Assembly (NCBI GenBank): GCA_038141425.1
Contig: JAYQIC010000007.1
Span: forward strand, 75,554 to 139,553
DNA from: Rhodospirillaceae bacterium
GTDB taxonomy: Bacteria; Pseudomonadota; Alphaproteobacteria; UBA7985
Length of the DNA: 64,000 nt
Direction of reading: 5' to 3'
Position 1 is the stretch's first letter; each line of letters opens with the position of its first letter. This document shows, piece after piece, positions 43,011-53,440 of the stretch. Position numbers and translations under genes: made by a program. The notes under the pieces are model-generated. The model ran no database searches, was not told the origin of the DNA, and saw nothing but the letters and a program-made list of their open reading frames with translations.

Positions 43011-44808
43011 ATGGCGACCACTGAGTACCAGTTTACTGACCATAGCTTTGACGTGATTGTCGTCGGCGCCGGGGGCTCCGGCCTCCGCGCGACGCTTGGC
43101 CTGGCCGAAGCCGGGCTGAAAACTGCGAACATCACCAAAGTCTTCCCGACCCGGTCCCATACCGTTGCTGCGCAGGGCGGTATTGCTGCGTCGCTGGGTA
43201 ACATGGGCGAAGATGACTGGCGCTGGCACATGTACGATACCGTGAAGGGCTCGGACTGGCTGGGTGATCAGGACGCCATCGAATACATGACCCGCGAGGC
43301 AGTGCCAGCGATCATCGAACTCGAGCACTACGGCATGCCATTCTCACGGCGCGAAGACGGCAAGATCTACCAGCGCCCCTTCGGCGGCATGACCACCAAC
43401 TACGGCGAAGGGCGGGCAGGCTCAGCGCACCTGCGCGGCGGCGGACCGGACCGGCCACGCCATGCTGCACACGCTCTACCAGCAGTCGCTGCGCGCTTCG
43501 GCAGAGTTTTTTATCGAATACTTCGCCATTGACCTGATCATGGATGACGACGGCGCCTGCCGCGGCGTGGTGGCGCTGAAAATGGACGACGGCACGCTGC
43601 ACCGGTTCCGGGCGCAGCGGACCATCCTCGCAACGGGCGGCTATGGCCGCGCCTACTTTTCCTGTACGGCTGCGCACACCTGCACTGGCGACGGCGGCGG
43701 TATGGCCCTGCGCGCGGGTATACCGGTGCAGGACATGGAATTCGTGCAGTTCCATCCCACGGGCGTCTACGGTGTTGGCGCGCTGATCACGGAGGGTGCA
43801 CGGGGTGAGGGCGGTATCCTGCGTAACAGCGAAGGTGAGCGTTTCATGGAGCGCTACGCGCCATCGGCCAAGGATCTGGCTTCCCGTGACGTGGTTTCCC
43901 GCGCCATGACCATGGAGATCCGTGAAGGCCGCGGGGCAGGGGAAGACAACGATCACATCATGCTTGACCTCTCGCACCTCCCGCCGAGCCAGCTTGAAGA
44001 ACGCCTGCCCGGTATTTCGGAGACCGCGCGTATCTTCTCCGGTGTCGATGTCACCAAGGCACCGATCCCGGTCCTGCCGACCTGTCACTACAATATGGGC
44101 GGTATCCCGACGAACTATCACGGCGAAGTATTGCGCCCGACCGAGCGCGACCCAGAGGCTGTGGTTGATGGCCTGATGGCGGTGGGCGAGGCCGCTTGTG
44201 TCTCCGTGCACGGCGCGAATCGCCTTGGGTCCAACTCCCTGCTGGATCTTGTCGTCTTTGGCCGCGCTGCTGGTCTTCGGTGTAAGGAAATGGTCGAACC
44301 CGGCGCCAAGCAGCGCGATCTACCGGCTGATGCAGGCGACAACAGCCTCGCGCGGCTGGACAAGGCGCGCCACGCCAATGGTGAAACCGGGACTGCCGAC
44401 CTGCGACTGGAAATGCAGCGGGTGATGCAGAACAACTGCGCCGTGTTCCGCACCGGAGAAGTGCTGACCGAGGGCGTCGAGCTGATGGATCAGGCCTGGG
44501 CCAAGCGCGACGATCTTCGCGTTGCCGACAAGTCGCTGGTCTGGAACTCCGATCTGATCGAAACGCTCGAATTTGACAACCTGATCTACCAGTCTTCGGC
44601 GACGATCAACTCGGCCGCCAACCGCGAAGAATCCCGCGGCGCCCACGCGCGTGAGGATTTCCCCGAGCGCGACGACGATAACTGGATGAACCACTCGCTC
44701 GCCTGGATCGACGAAACCGGCAAGGCCGATATCACGTACCGCTCGGTGGTGATGCGTACCTTGACCAACGACGTCGCCGTAGTCGAGCCCGCCAAGCGGG
44801 TCTACTCA
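43011..44808 (+). CDS. sdhA: Succinate dehydrogenase flavoprotein subunit; frameshift near 43440 and apparent loss of the stop codon (ORF reads through into sdhB)
   Basis: [18 protein letters not shown] fold, HTVAAQGG covalent-FAD His region; collinear ORFs 43011-43532 and 43462-45048; expected C-terminus ...KRVY at 44805. Confidence 0.85.
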
Positions 44809-44846
44809 CCCCGCCAGCGCAATAAAAACAGAAGAAGCATCGAGAA

Positions 44847-45638
44847 ATGGCTGAGTTTACCCTCCCCCGAAATTCCAAGGTCAAGAAAGGCCTCCACTGG
44901 AAGGTGCCAGCCGACAAGGCCGGGGAGAGTGGTAAAACCCGGTCGTTCAAAGTCTACCGCTGGAACCCTGACACGGGTGAGAACCCGCGATTGGATACCT
45001 ACGAAGTGCCGGTGGAGCGTATGGGGCAGATGGTTCTCGACGCCCTGATCTGGATCAAGAACAACGTCGACAGCTCGCTGACTTTCCGCCGATCGTGCCG
45101 GGAAGGGGTTTGCGGCTCCTGCTCCATGAACATCGACGGTACCAACACGCTGGCCTGCACCAAGAACCTCGACGACATCCGTGGCGATGTGGGCGTCTAC
45201 CCACTGCCACACCGGCCGGTGGTCAAGGATCTGGTGCCCGACCTGAATCAGCTGTACAGCCAGCTGGCTTCGATCGAGCCCTGGCTCAAGACCGACAGTC
45301 CGGCGCCTTCGCGCGAGCGGTATCAGTCGGTTGAAGACCGCGCGAAGCTTGATGGTCTGTGGGAATGCATCCTGTGCTTCTCGTGTTCGACCGCCTGTCC
45401 GTCATACTGGTGGAACGGCGACCGGTACCTTGGCCCGGCGATCCTGCTGCAGGCTTACCGCTGGCTTGCCGACAGCCGCGATGAAGCGACTGGCGAACGG
45501 CTTGACGCGCTGGAAGACCCATTCAGACTTTATCGCTGCCACACCATTATGAACTGCACCAAGACCTGCTCCAAGGGTCTGCACCCGGCCAAAGCCATCA
45601 CTGAAATCAAAAAAATGATGGTCGAACGGCGGGGGTGA
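44847..45638 (+). CDS. sdhB: Succinate dehydrogenase iron-sulfur subunit
   Basis: Fe-S cysteine clusters CRxGxCGSC, CxxCxxCxxxCP; 263 aa. Confidence 0.9.
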   Translation: MAEFTLPRNSKVKKGLHWKVPADKAGESGKTRSFKVYRWNPDTGENPRLDTYEVPVERMGQMVLDALIWIKNNVDSSLTFRRSCREGVCGSCSMNIDGTNTLACTKNLDDIRGDVGVYPLPHRPVVKDLVPDLNQLYSQLASIEPWLKTDSPAPSRERYQSVEDRAKLDGLWECILCFSCSTACPSYWWNGDRYLGPAILLQAYRWLADSRDEATGERLDALEDPFRLYRCHTIMNCTKTCSKGLHPAKAITEIKKMMVERRG

Positions 45639-45793
45639 ACCGCCAGCACTCTGCCGTTTTGAAGTATGTTCTGGCCGCCAGTACCTAAATCCTAAGCGCT
45701 GAGCGGGGCTTGGTCCCTAGACAGCCTTTGATCGGCACAAGAAAAGGGCGCCCGGACGCGCCCTGTTTTAATGTTTTGCCGTGCCGGCTCGGC

Positions 45794-46558
45794 CTATTCG
45801 GCAAAGGCCTTCTCGATCACGTAGTCGCCGGGTTCGCTGTTCGAGCCCTCGACCAGCCCGGCCTGCTCACAAAGGGTGGCACAGTCCTTGAGCATTTCCA
45901 TGGACCCACAGATCATCACCCGATCCACCGCCGGGTCAAAAGGAGCGGTTCCCACGGCGTCGAACAGACTGCCATCCTGGATCAGGTTCGTGATACGCCC
46001 CTGAACCGGGTAGTCCTCGCGCGTGACCGAGGTGAAGTGCACCAGCTTATCGCCGACGACTTCCGACAGCATCTCGTCCGCTGCGATCTCCGCGACCAGA
46101 TCCAGCCCATACTGCAGCTCCGAAACCTCGCGCGTGGTGTGACACAGCACGACTTTCTCGAAGCGCTCAAAGGTCTCCGGCTCGCGGATCAACGAGGCAA
46201 AGGGCGCGATCCCCGTACCGGTGGACAGCATGTAAAGCGTCTTTCCCGGGCGCAGAGCGTCGAGCACCAGCGTGCCGGTCGACTTCTTGCCGAGGATCAC
46301 GGTATCGCCTTCACCGATGTTCTGCAGACGCGAGGTCAGCGGACCATCCGGTACCTTGATCGAGAAGAATTCGAGGTTGTCGTCCCATGCCGGGGAGGCG
46401 ATCGAATAGGCGCGCAGCAGCGGCTTACCGTTGTCCCCGGGCAGGCCGATCATCACGAATTCACCCGAGCGGAACCGGAAGCCCGTAGGCCGGGTCATGC
46501 GGAACCGGAACAGGCGGTCGGTGTAGTGTTGGGTTTCAAGTACGGTTTGTTCGAACAT
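45794..46558 (-). CDS. fpr: Ferredoxin--NADP(+) reductase
   Basis: RAYSIASP FAD-binding motif, FNR-type two-domain 254 aa protein. Confidence 0.8.
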   Translation of the reverse strand: MFEQTVLETQHYTDRLFRFRMTRPTGFRFRSGEFVMIGLPGDNGKPLLRAYSIASPAWDDNLEFFSIKVPDGPLTSRLQNIGEGDTVILGKKSTGTLVLDALRPGKTLYMLSTGTGIAPFASLIREPETFERFEKVVLCHTTREVSELQYGLDLVAEIAADEMLSEVVGDKLVHFTSVTREDYPVQGRITNLIQDGSLFDAVGTAPFDPAVDRVMICGSMEMLKDCATLCEQAGLVEGSNSEPGDYVIEKAFAE

Positions 46559-46581
46559 GAATGGTGATCCGGTCCTCGGTC

Positions 46582-47400
46582 TCAGTCCTGGTTCCAGGGC
46601 AGGTTTGCGGCCTTCCAGCCGTTGAGCAGCCCGCGCCGACCAGAGGCATTCTTGGCACCCTCGAAACCGTCAGAAACGTTGGTCAGGTCCTTGAAACCAG
46701 CTTCCTTCAGCGCTTCGGCGGCGGCAAGGCTGCGCACGCCCGAACGACAAAGGACGAAGATCGGCGTTTCCTGCGTCAGCCCGGCCTCGCTGACTTCATC
46801 GAGGAAACTGGGGTTTGCTGCGCCGTAAGGAAAGGTTTGCCACTGGATGCCGACACTGCGCTCAAAGGCGGGGCGGCCCACGAACTGCCATTCCGCCGTG
46901 GTGCGCACGTCAAGCAGGACGGCGTTGGTGCTTTCCTGCAGAGCCTCAAAGGCTTCAGCGGCTGTCAGAGATTGAATTTTCACGCGGTGTCTGTGCCTCT
47001 CGTCCCAGATTGAGGGTGCCTTACCCGACTTGGTGTAGAGCTGATCGGGTGCCACATTCGTCGCGTGACGCCAAGCCTCCTCACCGTGACGGCTGACCAG
47101 CTCATCGTCGAGGTGGATCTCCGAAAACCCGCACTGGAAGGCCATGCGTGCCTGATCCGGCATCAGGTTGCCGTTGGCGATGATGCGAAAGCCTTCGCCC
47201 CGCTCTCGCCGGGCGCGGCGGGCGTAGGAAAAGCCCCGGCCATCGGCCGCGCTGGGGAAGTTGAAGGTCAGGCAGTCTTCGCAGCCGTCGAAGGCCTGCT
47301 CCTGCAGGCCCGGCTCACCGCCGTCGACCCGCAGTCCGGCTTCGGACACCGGGCCTTCGTGGTGGTCGAAAGCCGCGCCCTGTTCCTTAAGCACCCACAT
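46582..47400 (-). CDS. DUF934 domain protein fused to a C-terminal rhodanese (sulfurtransferase) domain
   Basis: DGRGFSYARRAR...NGNLMPDQARMAFQCGFSE is DUF934-like; C-terminal LLDVRTTAEW...VLCRSGVRS rhodanese active-site Cys loop. Overlaps the cysI stop by 14 nt. Confidence 0.7.
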   Translation of the reverse strand: MWVLKEQGAAFDHHEGPVSEAGLRVDGGEPGLQEQAFDGCEDCLTFNFPSAADGRGFSYARRARRERGEGFRIIANGNLMPDQARMAFQCGFSEIHLDDELVSRHGEEAWRHATNVAPDQLYTKSGKAPSIWDERHRHRVKIQSLTAAEAFEALQESTNAVLLDVRTTAEWQFVGRPAFERSVGIQWQTFPYGAANPSFLDEVSEAGLTQETPIFVLCRSGVRSLAAAEALKEAGFKDLTNVSDGFEGAKNASGRRGLLNGWKAANLPWNQD

Positions 47401-49036
47401 AGACGGCCTCCTTGAACGGGGCCTTGCCGACCCGGGCGTAAGTATCGGGGAAGCGCTCGTCAGCGCCGGTGCGCAGGCTCAGATAGATGTCGAGCACCCG
47501 TCCGATGGCGGCAGGCACCTGATCTCGGTCAAAGCCCGGGCCCAGCACCTCGCCCACGGCCGCGTTCTCATCGGACCGGCCGCCGAGCGTGATCTGGTAG
47601 TTTTCCTTCTCGGCCTTGTTCAGCCCCAGAATACCGATGTTCGCGGCGTGGTGATGGCCACAGGCGTTGATGCAGCCCGAGATATTCAGGCTGATCGGGC
47701 CCAGGGCGTCCGCCGCTTCCCGCTCGCGCAACATGGTCGAGAGTTCCTGCGCCACCGGGATCGAGCGTGCAGTGGCGAGGCCGCAGTAGTCCAGCCCCGG
47801 GCAGGCGATGATATCGCTGGCTTCACCGATGTTGTCTTCGGCGAGGCCGATGTCCTGCAGCCCTTTGTACAGACCGGGCAGATCCACAGCCCGCACGTAG
47901 GGAAAGACCACGTTCTGGCGTTGGGTGATGCGCAGTTCTCCGGCGGAGAAGGTGTCGGCGAGATCGGCCAGCGCCTGCATTTGCGTGCCGGTGACATCAC
48001 CGGGAATCCCGCCCTTGGGCTTGACTGAGATCTGCACCACAGCCCAGCCGGGTACGCGATGGGCGGCAACATTCTGGCCGACCCAAGCCTGCAGACCAGA
48101 CGAGGCGGTGCTCAGGTCGAGGCTTTCGGCGGGCTCCATGTCTGGCTGCGAGGCTTCGAACTGCGCGCGGATGCGTTCGTATTCGTCGACAGCCGGCTGG
48201 AAGGGTGCCGTATCCATGCCCGCAAGCTCTGCCCGCACCTCGTCGCGGTAGCTCTCCAGCCCCAGCTCTTCGACCAGGATCTTGATCCGGGCCTTGTACT
48301 TGTTGTCCCGGCGGCCGTGCAGGTTGTAGATGCGCAGCATTGCTTCGAGCAGCGGCAGCAGGTCAGGCAGGGCCACGGCCTCTTCGAACAGTTTGGCGAC
48401 GCGTGGTGTCCGGCCCTGTCCACCGCCGACGTAGAGGTCGAAGACGGGGTTGCAGCTGTCGTCGGTCTTGGCCCAGATGCCGATGTCGTGGAATTTCATC
48501 GCGGCGCGGTCTTCGGCGGCGCCGGTGACGGCAAACTTGAACTTGCGCGGCAGAAACGCGAATTCCGGGTGCAGCATCGACCATTGCCGCAGCAGCTCGG
48601 AGACCGGACGCGGGTCAACAAACTCATCCGCCGCCACCCCGGCGAAGGGGTCGGAGGTGACGTTGCGGATACAGTTGCCCGACGTCTGGATCGCATGCAT
48701 CTGCACCGAAGCCAGATGGTCGAGAATATCGGGGGTATCGACCAGCTTGGGCCAGTTGAACTGAATGTTCTGCCGGGTGGTGAAATGCCCGTAGCCCTTG
48801 TCATAGGTATCGGCGATGTAGCCCAGCTTGCGCAGCTGGGTGCTGTTCAGCTCACCGTAAGGGATGGCGATGCGCAGCATGTAGGCGTGGAGCTGCAGAT
48901 ACAGCCCGTTCTGCAGGCGCAGCGGGCGGAACTCTTCTTCACTGAGCTGGCCGGTCAGGCGTCGCTCGACCTGGTCGCGGAACTCGCGCGCGCGGTCCTC
49001 CACGAAGGCCTGATCGTGGGTGTCGTAGGCGTACAT
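47387..49036 (-). CDS. cysI: Sulfite reductase hemoprotein (NirA/CysI family, ferredoxin-dependent type)
   Basis: 549 aa nitrite/sulfite reductase 4Fe-4S/siroheme domains; cysteine cluster CPGLDYCGLA...CINACGHH. Confidence 0.85.
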   Translation of the reverse strand: MYAYDTHDQAFVEDRAREFRDQVERRLTGQLSEEEFRPLRLQNGLYLQLHAYMLRIAIPYGELNSTQLRKLGYIADTYDKGYGHFTTRQNIQFNWPKLVDTPDILDHLASVQMHAIQTSGNCIRNVTSDPFAGVAADEFVDPRPVSELLRQWSMLHPEFAFLPRKFKFAVTGAAEDRAAMKFHDIGIWAKTDDSCNPVFDLYVGGGQGRTPRVAKLFEEAVALPDLLPLLEAMLRIYNLHGRRDNKYKARIKILVEELGLESYRDEVRAELAGMDTAPFQPAVDEYERIRAQFEASQPDMEPAESLDLSTASSGLQAWVGQNVAAHRVPGWAVVQISVKPKGGIPGDVTGTQMQALADLADTFSAGELRITQRQNVVFPYVRAVDLPGLYKGLQDIGLAEDNIGEASDIIACPGLDYCGLATARSIPVAQELSTMLREREAADALGPISLNISGCINACGHHHAANIGILGLNKAEKENYQITLGGRSDENAAVGEVLGPGFDRDQVPAAIGRVLDIYLSLRTGADERFPDTYARVGKAPFKEAVYVGA

Positions 49037-49038
49037 GT

Positions 49039-49380
49039 TCAGCGATCCCTAGGCTGCGTGGCGGTTCTCGGTGTCCGTCGCTGGCACGTTGGTACAGGCA
49101 CGCTCGGCCCCGCCAGGCGGCGGATTTCCCGCAGTTTCAGCGGCATGGGCCCGGTACTGTCTTCGGGCCGCAAAGCGACCAGATAGGCGCCGACGACCCG
49201 ATTGGCGGTTTCTTCAGCCTGACCCTTTGAAAGCAGGGCTTGGGCAGTCTCCGTTCCCTGACTGATCAGGGCGTCGTTGATATCCGAGGTCCAGCTTTCG
49301 TCGGCTGACCAGAACACGATATCGCCGATGCGGACATCATTGGCGGTCAGGACCGCCTTGGTGGGGAGTGCATTGGCCAT
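49039..49380 (-). CDS. DUF2849 domain protein
   Basis: 113 aa; MANALPTKAVLTANDVRIGDIVFW...; conserved position between cysG and cysI. Confidence 0.65.
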   Translation of the reverse strand: MANALPTKAVLTANDVRIGDIVFWSADESWTSDINDALISQGTETAQALLSKGQAEETANRVVGAYLVALRPEDSTGPMPLKLREIRRLAGPSVPVPTCQRRTPRTATQPRDR

Positions 49381-49382
49381 CT

Positions 49383-50438
49383 CTAAGCTGCCTTTCGTGC
49401 AGGGTTGGTGGTCCGGCGTGCGTCCGGATGTTGGTTCAAAGTCTCGATGGATTTGGTCTGGCCAGAGGGGGCTTTCTGGAGTTCGGCTTCGATCCCCGGG
49501 ATGAGCCGCACGGCAAAACCCGCAGCGCGCGCGGCGCGAAGTTCAGCATAGGCCAGGTGACCGCTGCCGCTGACCAGCCGCGTGACGCTGTGCCCGGCAC
49601 GCAGATGGTCGAGCAGGGCTGTGGTCGCGCCCAGACCATGGGTTTCGATGATCGCTTCCCGGCGTGCCAGTTCCAGCACGGCGCGCGACACCAGCGGTTC
49701 GGAGAGCACGACATCAGCGTTGTCCAGCGCCTGATGCCCGGCCACAGTCAGCAGGTCGGCCTGCCCGGCACCAGTTCCGACGATGGTCAGGCGCCCGGCT
49801 GATGGTGCGGTTCCCACCGCGTGGCTCGACAGCAGGTCCTGGCCCAATGCCTCGATATCGGCGGCTTTCGTCAGGCGCTGTTCCCGCGCGCCACTGAAAA
49901 AGCGCTGCCAGAAGTCGCGCCGGGCACCGCCCGCGGGCAGGCTATGGGCCACGGCTTCCCGCAGCGAAGCCGCGATCCGGGCGATGAGACCCAGCCCCGG
50001 CTCGAGCATAAATTCGACCTGCGCTTTAATCCGTCGCGCGAGAACCGGCGCCGTGCCCTCGGTGCCAATCGCCACCACCACCGGGTCGCGATCGACCAGC
50101 GCCGGGGTGGAAAAATCAGAAACGGCGGGCTGATCGGCAGCACAGACGAGGATACCGGCAGCGCGAAGACGGGTCGCCAGTCGGGCATCCAGCGCCTCGT
50201 CGCCGGTCGCGGCGTAGGCAAAGGCGATGTTTTCAGGCAGGTCGAAGGTCAGTGGGTTGGTCCGCACACGGATCACGCCATCAAGCGCCAGCAACGGCGC
50301 TTCGAAGTGCGGGGCGATGGCGATTACCGTGGCTTCGGTTTTAAGCAGCAGGCGCAGCTTAGCCGCAGCCTCTTCGCCGCCACCGAAGACGATGACGCTG
50401 CGATCAGCAACGTCGATGAACAGGGGGAAGGCTTTCAT
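49383..50438 (-). CDS. cysG: Siroheme synthase-like protein: precorrin-2 dehydrogenase/ferrochelatase domain plus a C-terminally truncated uroporphyrinogen-III methyltransferase domain
   Basis: N-terminus FPLFIDVADRSVIVFGGGEEAAAKL (NAD fold); middle GRLTIVGTGAGQADLLT resembles the SUMT N-terminus, but the protein ends after about 150 aa of that domain. Confidence 0.65.
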   Translation of the reverse strand: MKAFPLFIDVADRSVIVFGGGEEAAAKLRLLLKTEATVIAIAPHFEAPLLALDGVIRVRTNPLTFDLPENIAFAYAATGDEALDARLATRLRAAGILVCAADQPAVSDFSTPALVDRDPVVVAIGTEGTAPVLARRIKAQVEFMLEPGLGLIARIAASLREAVAHSLPAGGARRDFWQRFFSGAREQRLTKAADIEALGQDLLSSHAVGTAPSAGRLTIVGTGAGQADLLTVAGHQALDNADVVLSEPLVSRAVLELARREAIIETHGLGATTALLDHLRAGHSVTRLVSGSGHLAYAELRAARAAGFAVRLIPGIEAELQKAPSGQTKSIETLNQHPDARRTTNPARKAA

Positions 50439-50520
50439 GGCTCACTCCGTGGAACGCCCATCAAATGTGCCAATTTCCCAAATAATCACAATATGGGAGA
50501 AAAAATAAGCCTGAAATAAC

Positions 50521-50570
50521 AAAAGGCGCGAGATATCACAGCACGGCGTGCTGTTTCGCGCCTTTTCGTA
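50521..50570 (-). terminator. Rho-independent terminator downstream of the HU gene
   Basis: AAAAGGCGCGAGA...nested palindrome ACAGCACGGCGTGCTGT...TTCGCGCCTTTT. Confidence 0.55.
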
Positions 50571-50636
50571 GGAATATGTTCTGCCAGATGGCGACCGAGC
50601 TGAATTCAGTTTCGGTCGCGATCAGCAGATGGGGCC

Positions 50637-50924
50637 TTAGGAACCAGCCAGAGCGTTCTTCAGAGCGGTCGAAGCCTTGAAGGAAGCAACGCGCTTCTCA
50701 GGGATCTGGATCGTCGCGCCCGTCGACGGGTTGCGGCCGGTGCGTGCTGCCCGTACTTCGGACTTGATGGTCGCGAAGGAGCCCATAGCGACATCGTTAC
50801 CGGCAACCAGTTCCCCCTGAACGGAAGACAGGTAAGCTTCGATGGTAGACTTGGCCTGAGCTTCGGACACGCCGGCACTCTTTGCTGCTGCGGAAACCAG
50901 AGCGGTATGTGCGGTTTTGGACAT
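50637..50924 (-). CDS. hupB: HU family DNA-binding protein
   Basis: 95 aa; MSKTAHTALVSA...GSFATIKSEVRAARTGRNPSTGATIQIPEKRVASFKASTALK HU signature arm. Confidence 0.9.
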   Translation of the reverse strand: MSKTAHTALVSAAAKSAGVSEAQAKSTIEAYLSSVQGELVAGNDVAMGSFATIKSEVRAARTGRNPSTGATIQIPEKRVASFKASTALKNALAGS

Positions 50925-51202
50925 CGTTGTTACTCCCTTGTGTCATGGCGCATTCGCACCATCCCGATTGAGCCTTTGGTTTACTCAATCTTGGCCCACA
51001 ACAAAAGAGATTATGCGCATTTTCAGCCCTAAACAGACTGATTCGTGGGGAAAATGGGCAATTTCAACCGCCTTGAGCAGCGTTGAACAATTCAAATGGC
51101 AGGTTTTAGGGCTGAAAATGGCCCGAAGCGCCCAGCCCGAACCCCCTACAGATCGGGGGGTTTCGGGCCGGACTTCAGACCAAAACAGCCTTGGGAGGGC
51201 GT

Positions 51203-51493
51203 TTAGGACCCCGGTGTGAAGGCTTCGTCACCCATGATGGTGATGACGTTGGACTCCAGGATAGCGCCTGCAGCAGCGCGCTTGGCCCGCAGTTCTTCGT
51301 GGGTCGCAAAGGCCTTCATGGCTTCCGGGGAGTCGAATTCGATGATCACCATCATCTTGTTGTCGTCTTCCTTGGTGGCACCGGCAAAGACGAGACGCGC
51401 ACCGAGGGCATTTAGTTCAGCCTCGTTTTCGAAGTACATTTCCTTCCACGGCTTGAAACCGCGTTCCAGATCCTGAGTTAGTTGGACGAACAT
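51203..51493 (-). CDS. Small conserved hypothetical protein
   Basis: MFVQLTQDLERGFKPWKEMYFENEAELNALGARLVFAGATKEDDNKMMVIIEFDSPEAMKAF; about 97 aa, soluble. Confidence 0.4.
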   Translation of the reverse strand: MFVQLTQDLERGFKPWKEMYFENEAELNALGARLVFAGATKEDDNKMMVIIEFDSPEAMKAFATHEELRAKRAAAGAILESNVITIMGDEAFTPGS

Positions 51494-51719
51494 GCGTTGA
51501 TCTCCCTGTGAAGTCGCTGAGTTGCCTATTTTTCTAGTGAAACAAGTGTGATCGCATTGCTGATGCATCGCAATCGCTTTGGACCGGTCGGGAACGAGCA
51601 ATTTAAGCAGTTTTGACTTAGGCGTATCAGCGATGGCCCTTGCACTGGCGGCTGGACCCTTTGGATTTGCCCCGTACTATGGCTCACCATTGATCGTGAA
51701 GCACAGGGGACGAACCATG

Positions 51720-52169
51720 ACCGACGCCATCACCATTCGCCCACTCCGCCGCGAGGACCACGCCGACTGGTCCCGGCTCTGGACCGGCTACCTCGAGTTC
51801 TATGAAACGCAGCTGAGCGAAGAGGTATATCGGGTCTCGTTCGAGCGATTGCTGATGGATGATCCACACGAGTACAGCGGTTTGATCGCCGAGGTCGACG
51901 GCCAGCCCGTCGGGCTGGCCCATTTCCTGTTTCACCGGTCCATGTGGACCGTCGAGAACACCTGCTATCTAATGGATCTGTTCGTTGATCCGACCATCCG
52001 GGGGAAGGGCGTTGGCCGCGCGCTGATCGAGGCGGTGCATGCGGCGGCCAAGGCGGCTGGGGTCACCGAGACCTACTGGCAGACCCAGGAGTTCAACTAC
52101 AAGGGCCGCATGCTCTATGATCAGGTGGCCAGCCGGACGCCCTTCATCATCTATTCCAAGGAGGACTGA
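51720..52169 (+). CDS. GNAT family N-acetyltransferase
   Basis: LFVDPTIRGKGVGRALIEAVHAAAKAAG acetyl-CoA binding motif. Confidence 0.7.
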   Translation, partial: TDAITIRPLRREDHADWSRLWTGYLEFYETQLSEEVYRVSFERLLMDDPHEYSGLIAEVDGQPVGLAHFLFHRSMWTVENTCYLMDLFVDPTIRGKGVGRALIEAVHAAAKAAGVTETYWQTQEFNYKGRMLYDQVASRTPFIIYSKED

Positions 52170-52211
52170 GCCGGCGCGTCGTCCCCGCCGGCCCTGACAC
52201 AGGACCCGGCC

Positions 52212-53264
52212 CTAGCGGTCGGCGCAGAGCATCCGGGTCGCACGCTGGTCGAGACCGGGCAATGCGCCATGACCCCCGAAGCGGTATTCGAAATACTCGT
52301 TGGTGATCATGTCTGAACGGGGCTTGAGCGCCCGGTCCAGCGCCCGTGCATTGCCAACCGGAACGATGGTGTCGCGCACGCCATGGTGGGTCTGCACCCG
52401 CTCGGGCAACAGGTCGGCAAAGTGCAGCGCAGAGCCGCCCAGCAGCTGCATGCGCAGCTCTTCAAAGCTCGTCTGGCCGTCGTAGTAGGCCTCGACGAAG
52501 GTCCCGGGAAAGCCGTAGTAGGGGCTGACTTCCTCACCGCGCAGGTGCCCGATGACGCCGTTGATCATGTCGGGATAGGTGAGCACGTCGGTCGGGCCAA
52601 AGACGTTGACCACCCGATCAACCCGGGGGTCGCGGATCCCCAGCATCAGGGAAACACCGCCACCGCGCGAGTAGCCCCATGCGCTGACATCGTTGTCCTG
52701 CGCGCCGGGGTAGTTGTCCACGACGCCGGAGATCAGTGCCATGACGTCGATGACGTCACGGTTGATCAGGCTCTTTTCGCCTGTGCTCTCGTAGGTGTCG
52801 TCGAAGATCCGCAGTTCTTCGCCGCGGAAGCTGGGGACAACAACGAAGAAGTCGGCGAGGCAGTCATCGACAAGTTCGAAGGCCCATTCGGCTTCGATGC
52901 CGTCCCAACCGCCGTGGTTGAGCACGAGGATCGGCGCGGGCTGCCCGGGGCGGTAGTCCTGTGGCGTGCGAACGGCAGAGTAGTGGCGGTTGCCCTCCAC
53001 CCGCTGGCTGACAACGTCGAGCCGGTAGCCTTCGTCTTCGAAGCTGTCTTCAACCTTCCACCGTGTGGCGGGCGCCACCGGCTCTGCCCAGGCGTCGAGG
53101 ACAGCGCTTCGCTCAGCGGCGGTCGGCGGCGCGAAAATGCGCTGCAGGGTTTCAGCCTGAGAGGCGCCGGCGAGGCCCAGTGCGACCGTGGTGGCGCAGA
53201 GGGCCGCCGCCGCCGCGGTGGCCTTTGCCTTGGACTTCCAGCCAGACAGGCCGCCTGCAATCAA
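52212..53264 (-). CDS. Secreted alpha/beta hydrolase (esterase/peptidase S9-like)
   Basis: Signal peptide; GYSRGGG nucleophile elbow (GxSxG); about 350 aa. Confidence 0.6.
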   Translation of the reverse strand: MIAGGLSGWKSKAKATAAAAALCATTVALGLAGASQAETLQRIFAPPTAAERSAVLDAWAEPVAPATRWKVEDSFEDEGYRLDVVSQRVEGNRHYSAVRTPQDYRPGQPAPILVLNHGGWDGIEAEWAFELVDDCLADFFVVVPSFRGEELRIFDDTYESTGEKSLINRDVIDVMALISGVVDNYPGAQDNDVSAWGYSRGGGVSLMLGIRDPRVDRVVNVFGPTDVLTYPDMINGVIGHLRGEEVSPYYGFPGTFVEAYYDGQTSFEELRMQLLGGSALHFADLLPERVQTHHGVRDTIVPVGNARALDRALKPRSDMITNEYFEYRFGGHGALPGLDQRATRMLCADR

Positions 53265-53440
53265 GGAGCGGGAGGGGAGAGCGGAGGGGTGGAGGCGTGG
53301 TGATAGGGCATGGTGCTGCTCGGTTCCGGGTTGTGGTGGTTCGTGTCATTACCCCACCTTACACAACGCAGAACCGAGAGCGTTTACAAGCCTTAGCCAG
53401 AATCTCACCTTTTTATGTCAAAGGTGAATGATTTTTTCGC

